A stretch of 61,305 nt of DNA from Eubacteriales bacterium (GCA_045644125.1 JAZRGJ010000103.1:1-61305), one strand, 5' to 3'; shown: positions 17,790 to 27,945, counted from the stretch's first letter. A program made the numbers and translations. Notes: generated by a model from the letters alone, not told the origin.

Positions 17790-19037
17790 ATGAAATACCT
17801 TCTCAAAAATGCGAAGATATATGAAAACGGCGCTATAATGACCAAGGATATGTTCCTTGACGGCGCTGAGCTTTTTGCTTTTTCTTCTTCCGTTGCCAGT
17901 GACGTTGAAACTATTGAAAATTGTATTATTTTTCCCGGCTTTTGTGACGTACACGTCCATTTAAGAGAGCCGGGATTTTCTTATAAAGAAACAATGGAAA
18001 CGGGAACTTTGGCTGCGGCAAGAGGCGGATACACGGCGGTTTTCGCAATGCCTAACTTGAATCCGACGCCCGATTCGAAAGAGAATCTTCAAAAGGAGCT
18101 CGACGCAATAGAGCGCGGAGCGAAAATAAAGGTTTATCCTTACGGAACGATAAGCGTTGGCGAAAAAGGAGAGGAGCTTTCCGACCTCGAGGGAATGGCG
18201 GAAAACGTTATTGCGTTTTCCGACGACGGACGCGGAGTGCAGTCGGAAGATATGATGCTCGAAGCGATGCAAAGAGCTAAAAAGCTCGGAAAGATTATAG
18301 TTGCTCACTGCGAGGACAATTCATTGCTTTTCGGCGGCTATATTCACGACGGCGAGTACGCCAAGGCTCACGGCCACAGGGGAATTTGCTCAAAGAGCGA
18401 GTATGCGCCGATAGAGCGTGATATAGAGCTTCTCAAAAAATGCGGAGCAAGCTATCACGTGTGCCACGTTTCCGCAAAGGAAAGCGTTGAGGCTATAAGA
18501 CGGGCAAAGGCTGCGGGCGTTGATATTACGGCAGAAACCGCGCCTCATTATCTGACTCTTGACGATTCGGATTTGCAAGAGGACGGAAGATTCAAGATGA
18601 ATCCCCCGATAAGAAGCAAAGAGGATAAAGAAGCGCTTATTGCGGGAATCCTTGACGGAACGCTTGATATGATAGCGACGGACCATGCGCCTCACAGCAA
18701 GGAAGAAAAATCGCGCGGTCTTGCGGGAAGCCTTATGGGCGTCGTCGGAATAGAAACCGCATTCCCCGTGCTCTACACTTACCTTGTGAAAACGGGAGTG
18801 ATTCCGATGGAAACCGTTGCAAAATGCCTTATCGACAACCCGAGAGGGCGTTTCGGATTACCGAAAAACGACGGATTTACAGTCTTTAAGCTCGACGAGA
18901 GCTACACGGTAAACCCCGACGAGTTTCTTTCTATGGGAAAAGCTACGCCCTACGAGGGCTGTGAGCTTTACGGAGCTTGCCTTATCACATCGCTTGACGG
19001 CAAGATTGTTTACGAAAATAAAAAAATATTGAGATAA
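17790..19037 (+). CDS. pyrC: dihydroorotase
   Basis: FCDVHVHLREPG, NPPIRSKED and ATDHAPH are the class I dihydroorotase motifs. The start is at the ATG at 17790 (MKYLLKNAKIYENG). Confidence 0.9.
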   Translation: MKYLLKNAKIYENGAIMTKDMFLDGAELFAFSSSVASDVETIENCIIFPGFCDVHVHLREPGFSYKETMETGTLAAARGGYTAVFAMPNLNPTPDSKENLQKELDAIERGAKIKVYPYGTISVGEKGEELSDLEGMAENVIAFSDDGRGVQSEDMMLEAMQRAKKLGKIIVAHCEDNSLLFGGYIHDGEYAKAHGHRGICSKSEYAPIERDIELLKKCGASYHVCHVSAKESVEAIRRAKAAGVDITAETAPHYLTLDDSDLQEDGRFKMNPPIRSKEDKEALIAGILDGTLDMIATDHAPHSKEEKSRGLAGSLMGVVGIETAFPVLYTYLVKTGVIPMETVAKCLIDNPRGRFGLPKNDGFTVFKLDESYTVNPDEFLSMGKATPYEGCELYGACLITSLDGKIVYENKKILR

Positions 19038-19055
19038 ATCTACGGAGGACGAAAA

Positions 19056-22000
19056 ATGGCAAAGAGAACCGACATCAAAAGAGTTATGATTATAGGCACG
19101 GGCCCTATCATCATCGGACAGGCAGCAGAGTTTGACTATGCAGGAACTCAGGCGTGCTTGGCACTCAAAGAGGAGGGATACGAGGTAATTCTCGTAAACT
19201 CAAACCCCGCGACGATAATGACCGATACTACGGTTGCGGATAAGGTTTATATGGAGCCCCTCACCCTTGAATACATTGCGAAAATCATAAGATACGAGCG
19301 CCCCGACGCTATAGTTCCCGGAATTGGCGGACAGACCGGTCTTAACATGGCTATGCTTCTTGAAAAGAAAGGAATACTTAAGGAAAGCGGCGTTGAGCTT
19401 CTCGGAACTTCGAGCGAAAGTATCGAAAGAGCCGAGGACAGAGAGCTTTTCAAAGAGCTTTGCGAATCGATAGGCGAGCCCGTTATTCCCTCGGAAATAG
19501 CTAACACGCTTGAAGAAGCTGTTGCCGCTGCGGCAAGAATCGGTTATCCCGTAGTTCTTCGCCCTGCGTTCACTCTCGGTGGCACGGGCGGCGGCTTTGC
19601 GTACGACGAGGAAGAGCTTCGCTTGCTTGCGGTAGGCGCTCTTGCGGCATCTCCCGTTAACCAGGTTCTCGTTGAAAAGAGCGTTCGCGGATACAAGGAA
19701 ATCGAATTCGAGGTTATGCGTGACGGCGAGGACAACGCAATAACCATCTGCGGAATGGAAAATATCGACCCCGTTGGCGTTCACACGGGTGACAGTATAG
19801 TCGTTGCTCCCATTATGACTCTCAGCGAGCACGACAGAAAAATGCTTAACGACAGCGCAATAAAGCTTATTCGTGAGCTTAAGATAGAGGGCGGATGCAA
19901 CGTTCAGTTTGCGCTTAATCCCAACTCCAGCGAATACTATCTTATCGAGGTTAACCCGAGAGTTTCGAGAAGCTCGGCTCTTGCTTCAAAGGCGAGCGGT
20001 TACCCGATTGCAAGAGTTACCGCAAAAATTGCGGTAGGTATGACTCTTGACGAGATTGAGGTTGCCGGAACTAAGGCTTCCTTTGAGCCCGACCTTGATT
20101 ACGTTATAGCTAAATTCCCCCGTTTCCCCTTTGATAAATTCACAACCGTTCCCAACAAGCTCGGAACTCAGATGAAAGCGACCGGCGAATGTATGAGTAT
20201 CGGCGCAAATCTTGAAGAGTGCCTTCTTAAATCCGTTCGCTCTCTTGAAATCGGAGTTTGCCATCTTTCTATGGCGAAGTTCGAGCAGATGTCGGATAAG
20301 GATACGCTTACCTATATTGAAGAATTCCACGACGATAACATTTTCGCAATCGCAGAGCTTTTGAGAAACGGACATACCGTTTCCGAAATTGCGGAAATAA
20401 CGAAAATTACGCCTTTCTTCCTTGAATCCGTTGAGAAGATTACGAATATGGAAAAGGCTCTTAAGGCGTCCGTCGGCGATACGAAGACTCTTCGTGAAGC
20501 AAAGGTTATGGGCTTCTCCGATAAGTTCATTTCAAAGCTTTGGGGAATGCCTGAAATCGAAATTGCAAACATTCGTAAGTCAGCCGGCATAATTCCTAAC
20601 TTCAGAATGGTTGATACGGCTCACGTAGGAGCTTATATCCCTTATTTCTACTCCTCTTACACCGGTGAAAATCAGTCGATACTCACCGACAGAAAGAAGG
20701 TTGTCGTTCTTGGCGCAGGTCCTATCAGAATAGGTCAGGGCGTTGAGTTTGACTACCCCACGGTTCACGCAGTAAACACCATAAGAAACCTCGGATATGA
20801 GGCTATCATTATAAACAACAACCCCGAAACCGTTTCTACCGACTACACAACGGCAGATAAGCTTTATTTCGAGCCTCTCACCGCAGAGGACGTTATGAAT
20901 ATAATTGACTTCGAGAAGCCCGAGGGCGTTATCGCTTCTCTTGGCGGTCAGACCGCAATCAACCTTGCCGCTCCTCTTGCAGCGCGCGGAGTTAAGATTA
21001 TAGGTACCGACTGCGAGGCTATCGAGCGCGCAGAAAACCGCGACGCATTCGAAAAGATTCTTGAAGAGCTTGGTATTCCTCAGCCTCAGGGACAGGCTGT
21101 TACCAAGATTGAAGACGGAGTTGCAGTTGCAAAGAAAATCGGTTATCCCGTTCTCGTTCGCCCGAGCTTCGTTCTCGGCGGCCGCGCTATGCAGCTTGTC
21201 GGAAATGAAGAGCAGCTTCGCCACTATTTGAGAACTGCCGTTGAAATAGACGAGGACAAGCCCGTTCTCGTTGACCACTATATCCAGGGTAAAGAGGTTG
21301 AGGTTGACGCAATCTGCGACGGAAGAAACGTTTTCGTTGCAGGTATTATGGAGCTCGTTGAGCGTACCGGTATTCACTCCGGCGACAGTATAAGCGTTTA
21401 TCCCGCATTCAGCATTTCGGATAAGGTTAAGGGCAAAATTCTTTCCTACTCTAAGATGCTTGGCGTCGGTATCGGCATCGTTGGTCTTTTCAACATTCAG
21501 TTCATCGTTGACGATAAGGAAGACGTTTACATCATTGAAGTTAACCCCCGTTCGTCAAGAACCGTTCCTTTCCTTTCCAAGTCCACGGGTTACTCTCTTG
21601 CGGATATTGCAACCGAGGTTATCATGGGCAAATCGTTAAGAGAGCTCGGAATCTTCGATCTTTATCCCGAAGAAAAGAAGCGTTGGTACTGTAAGGTTCC
21701 CGTATTCTCATTCAAGAAGATAAACGGAATCGACGCATATCTTTCTCCCGAAATGAAGTCCACCGGCGAAGCTATAGGTTATGACGACGACCTTTACAGA
21801 GCGTTCTATAAGGCTCTTCAGGCGTCGGGCATGAACGTTCAGAATTACGGAACGGTGTTCGTAACGATAGCAGATAAGGACAAGGAAGAAGCGCTTCCTC
21901 TTATCCGCCGCTTCTACAACCTCGGATTCAATATCGAGGCAAACTCGGGAACGGCAACCTACCTCAAGGAGCACGGAATAAGAACGAGAGTAAGAGCAAA

Positions 22001-22229
22001 GATAAGCTCCGGCTCAAGCGATATTCCCGCAGCGTTAAGACAGGGCCATATAGCTTACGTTATAAACACGAGCGACCTTTCTTCAACGGACAACCAGAAG
22101 GACGGTCACGAAATTCGTACCCTCGCAACCGAAACCGGTACGACGATGTTCACCTCTCTTGATACGGTAAGAGTTCTTCTTGACGTTCTTGAGGATATAA
22201 CCATTACGATTTCTACTATTGATGCATAA
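19056..22229 (+). CDS. carB: carbamoyl-phosphate synthase large subunit
   Basis: 1057 aa with duplicated ATP-grasp halves (IIGTGPIIIGQAAEFDYAGTQA ... VLGAGPIRIGQGVEFDY), the EVNPRVSRSSA / EVNPRSSRTVP motifs and a C-terminal MGS-like domain. Confidence 0.97.
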   Translation: MAKRTDIKRVMIIGTGPIIIGQAAEFDYAGTQACLALKEEGYEVILVNSNPATIMTDTTVADKVYMEPLTLEYIAKIIRYERPDAIVPGIGGQTGLNMAMLLEKKGILKESGVELLGTSSESIERAEDRELFKELCESIGEPVIPSEIANTLEEAVAAAARIGYPVVLRPAFTLGGTGGGFAYDEEELRLLAVGALAASPVNQVLVEKSVRGYKEIEFEVMRDGEDNAITICGMENIDPVGVHTGDSIVVAPIMTLSEHDRKMLNDSAIKLIRELKIEGGCNVQFALNPNSSEYYLIEVNPRVSRSSALASKASGYPIARVTAKIAVGMTLDEIEVAGTKASFEPDLDYVIAKFPRFPFDKFTTVPNKLGTQMKATGECMSIGANLEECLLKSVRSLEIGVCHLSMAKFEQMSDKDTLTYIEEFHDDNIFAIAELLRNGHTVSEIAEITKITPFFLESVEKITNMEKALKASVGDTKTLREAKVMGFSDKFISKLWGMPEIEIANIRKSAGIIPNFRMVDTAHVGAYIPYFYSSYTGENQSILTDRKKVVVLGAGPIRIGQGVEFDYPTVHAVNTIRNLGYEAIIINNNPETVSTDYTTADKLYFEPLTAEDVMNIIDFEKPEGVIASLGGQTAINLAAPLAARGVKIIGTDCEAIERAENRDAFEKILEELGIPQPQGQAVTKIEDGVAVAKKIGYPVLVRPSFVLGGRAMQLVGNEEQLRHYLRTAVEIDEDKPVLVDHYIQGKEVEVDAICDGRNVFVAGIMELVERTGIHSGDSISVYPAFSISDKVKGKILSYSKMLGVGIGIVGLFNIQFIVDDKEDVYIIEVNPRSSRTVPFLSKSTGYSLADIATEVIMGKSLRELGIFDLYPEEKKRWYCKVPVFSFKKINGIDAYLSPEMKSTGEAIGYDDDLYRAFYKALQASGMNVQNYGTVFVTIADKDKEEALPLIRRFYNLGFNIEANSGTATYLKEHGIRTRVRAKISSGSSDIPAALRQGHIAYVINTSDLSSTDNQKDGHEIRTLATETGTTMFTSLDTVRVLLDVLEDITITISTIDA

Positions 22230-22960
22230 TGAAGACCGGAATATTTAAGCTTAAAGAAAACAGAAAAATCGCCAAAAACACTTACGAATGGGTGCTTGTC
22301 GGCGATACGTCGGACGTCACCGCATCGGGACAGTTCGTTAATATTAAGCTCGACGGATTTTATCTTCGCAGACCTATCTCGGTCTGCGACGTCGAGGGTG
22401 ATGAGCTCACGCTTATTTTCAAGGTAGTTGGCGACGGCACCGAAAAAATGGCAAATGCCAAAATCGGTGACGAGTTTGACGTTATGACAGGCCTTGGAAA
22501 CGGCTACGACCTTACGAAAGCGGCAGACGCTCCCTTGCTTATCGGCGGCGGCGCAGGCGTTCCGCCCATGTATCTTCTTGCAAGACGTCTTGTTGCGCTC
22601 GGCAAAAAAGTTACCGTGATACTCGGCTTCGGCTCGGCAGACGAGGTTTTCTATAAAGAAAAATTCGAAGCGCTCGGCTGTAGCGTTATCGTTGCAACCG
22701 CTGACGGAACTATGGGCGTTAAGGGCTTCGTTACCGACGCTATGTCAGGGCTTGATTACAGCTATTTCTACACTTGCGGTCCAGAACCCATGCTCAAAGC
22801 GATTTACGACAGATCCACCTCGGACGGTGAGTTTAGCTTTGAAGAAAGAATGGGATGCGGCTTTGGCGCTTGCATGGGCTGCACCTGCGAAACGAAATAT
22901 AAATATAAGCGCATCTGCCGTGACGGCCCCGTGCTTGCGAAGGAGGAGATAGTATGGTAA
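22229..22960 (+). CDS. pyrK: dihydroorotate dehydrogenase B electron-transfer subunit
   Basis: An FAD/NAD-binding fold with a C-terminal 2Fe-2S cysteine cluster MGCGFGACMGCTC...CRDGPV. The ATG overlaps the carB stop. Confidence 0.9.
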   Translation: MKTGIFKLKENRKIAKNTYEWVLVGDTSDVTASGQFVNIKLDGFYLRRPISVCDVEGDELTLIFKVVGDGTEKMANAKIGDEFDVMTGLGNGYDLTKAADAPLLIGGGAGVPPMYLLARRLVALGKKVTVILGFGSADEVFYKEKFEALGCSVIVATADGTMGVKGFVTDAMSGLDYSYFYTCGPEPMLKAIYDRSTSDGEFSFEERMGCGFGACMGCTCETKYKYKRICRDGPVLAKEEIVW

Positions 22961-23865
22961 GCATAAAGACAGATCTTTGCGGAATCGAGCTTGACAACCC
23001 GATAATTCCCGCCAGCGGAACGTTCGGCTTCGGCTATGAATTCGCAGAGCTTTACGACATAAATATCCTCGGCTCGCTTTCTTTCAAGGGAACGACGCTT
23101 GCTCCGAGATTCGGAAATCCCACTCCGAGAATTGCGGAGTGCGCATCCGGTATGCTTAACGCAGTAGGACTTCAGAATCCCGGCGTTGACAAGGTTATCT
23201 CGGAAGAGCTTCCGAAGCTTTATAAGGTTTTTGATAAGCCGGTTATGGCAAACGTAAGCGGTTTTTCCGAGTACGAATACGTTGAAACCGTCAAAAAGCT
23301 TGATGCGGAGGAGAGAATCGGCTGGTTTGAAATCAACATCTCCTGCCCCAACGTTCACGGCGGCGGAATGAGCTTCGGCACGTCGTGCGAGGCTGCCGAG
23401 GGAATCACCAAGGCTGTTCGTAAGGTTACGAACAAACCTCTTATAATAAAGCTTTCTCCGAACGTTACCGACATCGCATCAATAGCAAAGGCTTGCGAAG
23501 CGGGCGGAGCTGACGGCGTCAGCCTTATAAACACTCTTCTCGGTATGAGAATAGACCTTAAAAAAAGAAAACCCATCATTGCAAATAAAACCGGAGGATT
23601 TTCCGGTCCTGCCATAAAGCCCGTTGCCGTACGTATGATCTATCAGGTTTACGAAGCGGTTAAAATTCCGATAGTCGGAATGGGCGGCGTTGCCACGGCA
23701 GATGACGTTATCGAAATGATGCTTGCGGGCGCTCGCGCTGTAGAGGTAGGCGCTGAAAACCTCGTTAACCCCTACGCTTGCCGCGATATTATAGAGGCGT
23801 TGCCTCTCGCTTGCGAGAAATACGGAATTAAAGATTTGAAAGAAATAATAGGAGGCGCACACTAA
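22954..23865 (+). CDS. pyrD: dihydroorotate dehydrogenase B catalytic subunit
   Basis: PASGTFGFG, EINISCPNV, KLSPNVTD, GGFSGPAIKP and GMGGV are class 1B DHOD motifs. Confidence 0.95.
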   Translation: MVSIKTDLCGIELDNPIIPASGTFGFGYEFAELYDINILGSLSFKGTTLAPRFGNPTPRIAECASGMLNAVGLQNPGVDKVISEELPKLYKVFDKPVMANVSGFSEYEYVETVKKLDAEERIGWFEINISCPNVHGGGMSFGTSCEAAEGITKAVRKVTNKPLIIKLSPNVTDIASIAKACEAGGADGVSLINTLLGMRIDLKKRKPIIANKTGGFSGPAIKPVAVRMIYQVYEAVKIPIVGMGGVATADDVIEMMLAGARAVEVGAENLVNPYACRDIIEALPLACEKYGIKDLKEIIGGAH

Positions 23866-24563
23866 TGGGAAAAGACGTTATAATCGCGTGTGATTTTGAC
23901 AGCGCGGAAAAAACCTTTGCTTTCCTTGATAAATTCACCGGGAAGAAACCTTTCGTTAAAATAGGAATGGAGCTTTACTACGCAGAGGGCCCCTCGATAG
24001 TAAAGGAAATTAAAAAGAGAGGTCACAAAATCTTCCTTGACCTCAAGCTTCACGACATCCCCAACACAGTTAAAAAGTCTATGGCAGTGCTCTCTCGCCT
24101 TGACGTTGATATGACAAACCTTCACGCAGCGGGAACGAAGAGAATGATGGAAGCGGCAATCGAGGGCCTTACACGTCCCGACGCCACCCGTCCGGTTCTT
24201 ATCGCCGTTACCCAGCTTACCTCTACCGACCAGGAGAGCATGGAGCGCGACCTTCTCATAAAAGAGCCTATCGACAAGGTAGTTATGCACTATGCGCACA
24301 ACGCTAAAGAAGCGGGACTTGACGGCGTAGTTTGCTCGCCCCTTGAAGCAGGAAAGGTTCACGACGTTTGCGGCGCAGGCTTCGTAACCGTTACCCCCGG
24401 CGTTTGATTTGCTGGCGGTGACGTTGGCGACCAGAAGAGAGTTATGACTCCTGCCGTGGCTAAGAAAATCGGCTCCGATTACATCGTAGTAGGAAGACCT
24501 ATTACCGCCGCTCCCGATCCTGTTGCAGCGTACGAAAGATGCGTCAGCGAGTTCGTCGGCTAA
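23865..24563 (+). pseudogene. pyrF: orotidine-5'-phosphate decarboxylase interrupted by an in-frame TGA at 24405-24407
   Basis: The track ORF 23865-24407 ends VTVTPGV*. The same frame continues [51 protein letters not shown] to the TAA at 24561-24563. Together they form a full-length 232-codon PyrF (FLDLKLHDIPNT, VTPGxR, DQxRxx[10 protein letters not shown]). The TGA sits where the conserved Arg of PGIR belongs. Confidence 0.85.
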
Positions 24564-24592
24564 GATAAAAACAAAACTTAAGGAGATATAAA

Positions 24593-25249
24593 ATGGAAAG
24601 CTATAAGAGAGAATTTATACAGTTCCTTGAAGGAGCGGGAGTTTTAAAATTTGGTGATTTCACCGCAAAAAGCGGAAGAAAGATACCCTACTTTATAAAT
24701 GCGGGAATGATTAAAACGGGCGCTGACATTGCAACGCTCGGTGAGTTTTACGCACGCGCTTATAACGAAAAGCTCGGCATGAAAAAGGCTGTGCTTTACG
24801 GCCCTGCGTATAAGGGAATCTCCCTCTCGGTATCTGCCGCAGTTGCTCTTTCCAAAAACGGTCTTAACGTTCCTTTCTTCTTTAACAGAAAGGAAGTGAA
24901 GGATCACGGCGAGGGCGGAGTATTCGTTGGTTACGTTCCCACGCCCGGTGAGGAAATCGTTATTATAGAGGACGTTATCACAGCAGGCACGGCTATCCGT
25001 GAGAGCATGGAAATTCTTTCTCACCTTGAGGGCACGAAGGTTGCCGCAACCTTTATCATGGTTGACCGTAAGGAAAAGGGACAGGGCGAGCGCGGAGCTA
25101 TGGCTGAAATCGAGGATCAGTTCGGATTCCCCGTTTATTCCATAGTAGACGTATACGATATTATCGAGTATCTTGAAGAGGATGATAGCAACGCCGAGAA
25201 CGTAGCTCGCATTAAGAAATATCTTGAAGTTTACGGCGCTAAAGCGTAA
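24593..25249 (+). CDS. pyrE: orotate phosphoribosyltransferase
   Basis: The PRPP-binding loop [17 protein letters not shown] and the N-terminal [17 protein letters not shown]. Confidence 0.92.
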   Translation: MESYKREFIQFLEGAGVLKFGDFTAKSGRKIPYFINAGMIKTGADIATLGEFYARAYNEKLGMKKAVLYGPAYKGISLSVSAAVALSKNGLNVPFFFNRKEVKDHGEGGVFVGYVPTPGEEIVIIEDVITAGTAIRESMEILSHLEGTKVAATFIMVDRKEKGQGERGAMAEIEDQFGFPVYSIVDVYDIIEYLEEDDSNAENVARIKKYLEVYGAKA

Positions 25250-25263
25250 AACTTGGAGTTGAA

Positions 25264-26322
25264 ATGAGAAATCTTATAAACATACTTGATTTATCATGTG
25301 AAGAAATCGACGAGCTTGTAGAACTCGGAAACGATATAATCGAAAATCCCGAAAAGTATAAGGAAGCTTGCCACGGAAAAATTCTCGGAACGCTTTTCTT
25401 TGAGCCCTCGACGAGAACAAGGCTTAGCTTTACCTCGGCTATGATGTCGCTCGGCGGAAACGTTCTCGGATTTTCCTCGGCCGGTAACTCGTCTATTTCC
25501 AAGGGCGAAACCGTTTCGGACACCATAAGAATGGTTGCCGCTTACAGTGATATTATAGTTATGCGCCACCCGAAAGAGGGCGCGCCTATAGTTGCGAAAA
25601 GAGTTTCCTCGGTTCCGATAATAAACGCAGGCGACGGCGGACATTTCCATCCGACGCAGACGCTTACCGACCTTATAACGATCAAGCGCAAGCTTGGCAG
25701 ATTTGACAATCTTACGGTCGGAATATGCGGCGACCTTAAGTACGGAAGAACCGTTCATTCTCTTATTGCGGCTATGTCAAGATACGAGAACGTGAAATTC
25801 GTTTTCATCTCTCCCGACGAGCTTAAAATGCCCGATTACATTACGGAAGAGCTTAAAGGAAAATGCGAATATTTCGAAACCGAAAATCTTGAAGAAGTAA
25901 TTCCCACGCTTGACGTTCTTTATATGACGAGAATTCAGGCTGAAAGATTTTCTTCCCGTGACGATTACGAGCGCCTTAAGGACTCGTATGAATTAACGAG
26001 AGCTAAGCTTTCGGACGCAAAACCCACTCTTGCGGTTATGCACCCCCTCCCCCGTGTAACAGAAATCAACGTTGACGTTGACGATGATCCGAGATGCGCA
26101 TATTTCGATCAAGCCGCATGGGGAAGATACATAAGAATGGCGCTTATAATTAAGCTCCTTTCCGACAAATCAAGCAAGGATTCTCTTGAAATAGGAGAAG
26201 AAAACGCAAATCTTATTTGCGCAAATCCGCATTGCATCACCGGTGTTGAGCGCGGTATCCGGCATCTTTTCAAAGACGGAAAGTGCGTATATTGCGACCA
26301 GAAGGCAGACCTTAAAAAATAA
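25264..26322 (+). CDS. pyrB: aspartate carbamoyltransferase catalytic chain with a C-terminal PyrI-type zinc-domain extension
   Basis: ATCase motifs [12 protein letters not shown] and HPLPRV are present. After the normal C-terminus (RMALIIKLL) about 45 extra residues follow: [32 protein letters not shown]. This is the CxxxxC...CxxC pattern of the ATCase regulatory-chain zinc domain. Confidence 0.85.
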   Translation: MRNLINILDLSCEEIDELVELGNDIIENPEKYKEACHGKILGTLFFEPSTRTRLSFTSAMMSLGGNVLGFSSAGNSSISKGETVSDTIRMVAAYSDIIVMRHPKEGAPIVAKRVSSVPIINAGDGGHFHPTQTLTDLITIKRKLGRFDNLTVGICGDLKYGRTVHSLIAAMSRYENVKFVFISPDELKMPDYITEELKGKCEYFETENLEEVIPTLDVLYMTRIQAERFSSRDDYERLKDSYELTRAKLSDAKPTLAVMHPLPRVTEINVDVDDDPRCAYFDQAAWGRYIRMALIIKLLSDKSSKDSLEIGEENANLICANPHCITGVERGIRHLFKDGKCVYCDQKADLKK

Positions 26323-26325
26323 TTT

Positions 26326-27198
26326 TTGCGAAAGGGCTTCGGCGTGAAAAACGAGAAAATTAAATCCAATATTCCGAAGCTCTTCGCAAGGGTTACGGGC
26401 GGTAAAGATGTAATCGCTAATACAACCGGCATTATAGCTGATTGGCATTATCACGACGAGCTTGAGTTTCTGCCCGTGTATAGCGGCGAGCTGATTATAG
26501 GCTTTGAGGACGAGGAGCTTGTTGCGAGAGCGGGTGACGTGGTTTTTGTCAACGCCGGTATTCCTCACATGACTTATGCCGAAAAGCCGCGCGCTTCGGG
26601 ACTTGTTCAGTTTAGAGAAAGCGACTTTGTAAACGGCGAGCTTCCGAGAATAATACGTTATTCAAGAAAAATGCACGGGATAGAAAATACTCCTGTCACT
26701 ATAATTCATTCCGAAGAGCTTTTAAATGCCGTAACTGAGATTATAGAAGAGGGAAAGGCAAACTGTCCCGCATGCGATTTTTTTGTAAAAAGCGGAATAT
26801 ATAAGGCGCTTGGAATTCTGTATAGAATGGGCATTTTGAAGGATGCTGATACTATGCTCGCAGAGCGTGACGTTCAGAAAATACTGCCCGTTCTTTCATA
26901 CGTTAATACGAATTACGCAGAGGACGTTAAACTTTCCGATGTTGCCGCAATGCTCTCGTTTGACGAGAGCTATTTCTGCCGTTTATTCAAGAATGCGACG
27001 GGTTCAACATTTACGGAATACTTGAATTTCGTGAGAATTTCGAAAGCAGAAAAGCTTCTTAAGAAAACTTCGAAGAGCATACTTGAAATTTCGGAGGCTG
27101 TCGGTTTTTCTTCCGTTTCATATTTCAACAGAATTTTTAAAAAATATCACTACGTATCGCCAAGGGCGTACCGCGGAATGTTGTATCAAAATATATAG
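26326..27198 (+). CDS. AraC family transcriptional regulator (cupin plus HTH)
   Basis: A cupin segment (HYHDELEFLPVYSGE...GDVVFVNAGIPH) and a C-terminal HTH_18 (LSDVAAMLSFDESYFCRLFKNATGSTFTEYLN...ISEAVGFSSVSYFNRIFKK). The start is uncertain: TTG at 26326 or GTG at 26344. Confidence 0.8.
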   Translation: MRKGFGVKNEKIKSNIPKLFARVTGGKDVIANTTGIIADWHYHDELEFLPVYSGELIIGFEDEELVARAGDVVFVNAGIPHMTYAEKPRASGLVQFRESDFVNGELPRIIRYSRKMHGIENTPVTIIHSEELLNAVTEIIEEGKANCPACDFFVKSGIYKALGILYRMGILKDADTMLAERDVQKILPVLSYVNTNYAEDVKLSDVAAMLSFDESYFCRLFKNATGSTFTEYLNFVRISKAEKLLKKTSKSILEISEAVGFSSVSYFNRIFKKYHYVSPRAYRGMLYQNI

Positions 27199-27207
27199 GA
27201 GAGTTTA

Positions 27208-27945
27208 ATGGAGATAAAATATACCGAAACCGAGTGGCAGGGATTTAAGAGCTTAAATTTTAAATTTGAAGACAGAAACGCCATTCTGGTTTTCCCGAAA
27301 AGCCCAAATGCCGAGAAAAAATGGCTTCTCAAAACCGAATATTTCGGAGCTTTTCCGAATTTTGAGATTGAGATGCTCAAAAGGGGCTATCATCTTGCAT
27401 ACGTTGCTAACGTAACTCGTTGGTTGCACCCGTCGGACATTGACGCAAAGGCTCGCTTCGCCGATTTTTTGCGCCGTGAGTTTGGCTTGAATGAAAAATG
27501 CGTCCCGGTAGGTATGAGCTGCGGAGGACTTCAAGCGGTTTATTTTGCCGCAAATCACCCAAGCTATATATCATCTCTTTATCTTGACGCGCCGGTTATG
27601 AATCTTTTAAGCTGCCCTTACGCTGTCGGCAACGAGGCGCAACCCGGATTTATCGCAGAATTTGAAGCGGCAACGGGAAAAACGCTTTCCGATTTGATAA
27701 ATTACAGAAATCATCCGATAGACAACGTACCGAAGCTTATTGAAAATAAGATTCCCGTAATTCTCGTGGCGGGTGATTCCGATACGGTAGTGCCTTATCA
27801 TGAGAACGGAAAAGCTCTTTACGAGCTTTATAAGGCGGCGGGGGCTCACATCGAGCTTTATCTTAAGCCGGGGGTTGACCACCACCCACACGGTCTTGAA
27901 GATCCGACGCCGATTATAAATTTCGTTGAAAAACATTACGAATAA
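27208..27945 (+). CDS. alpha/beta hydrolase (esterase/dienelactone-hydrolase-like)
   Basis: Nucleophile elbow GMSCGG, acid VAGDSDTVV and His in GVDHHPHG. Confidence 0.6.
   Translation: MEIKYTETEWQGFKSLNFKFEDRNAILVFPKSPNAEKKWLLKTEYFGAFPNFEIEMLKRGYHLAYVANVTRWLHPSDIDAKARFADFLRREFGLNEKCVPVGMSCGGLQAVYFAANHPSYISSLYLDAPVMNLLSCPYAVGNEAQPGFIAEFEAATGKTLSDLINYRNHPIDNVPKLIENKIPVILVAGDSDTVVPYHENGKALYELYKAAGAHIELYLKPGVDHHPHGLEDPTPIINFVEKHYE

Noticed and set aside
17640-17790. Possible PyrR-binding attenuator upstream of pyrC
   Set aside because: The leader contains only a small GCGC hairpin. The PyrR loop consensus (ARUCCAGAGAGGYU) and a terminator/antiterminator pair are absent.
19200-21377. Several 130-265-aa minus-strand ORFs (19200-19832, 19986-20375, 20580-21377)
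   Set aside because: All lie inside carB on the opposite strand. carB is unambiguous, so these are typical antisense open frames of a long gene.
24405-24407. The TGA in pyrF as evidence for an alternative genetic code (TGA = Trp/Gly) or selenocysteine
   Set aside because: Neighbouring genes clearly terminate at TGA, for example the 740-aa GH gene and the 8519-10429 gene, with ATGA overlaps. The codon replaces a conserved Arg rather than Cys/Trp/Gly, and no SECIS-like hairpin is evident. A nonsense mutation or sequencing error is more parsimonious.
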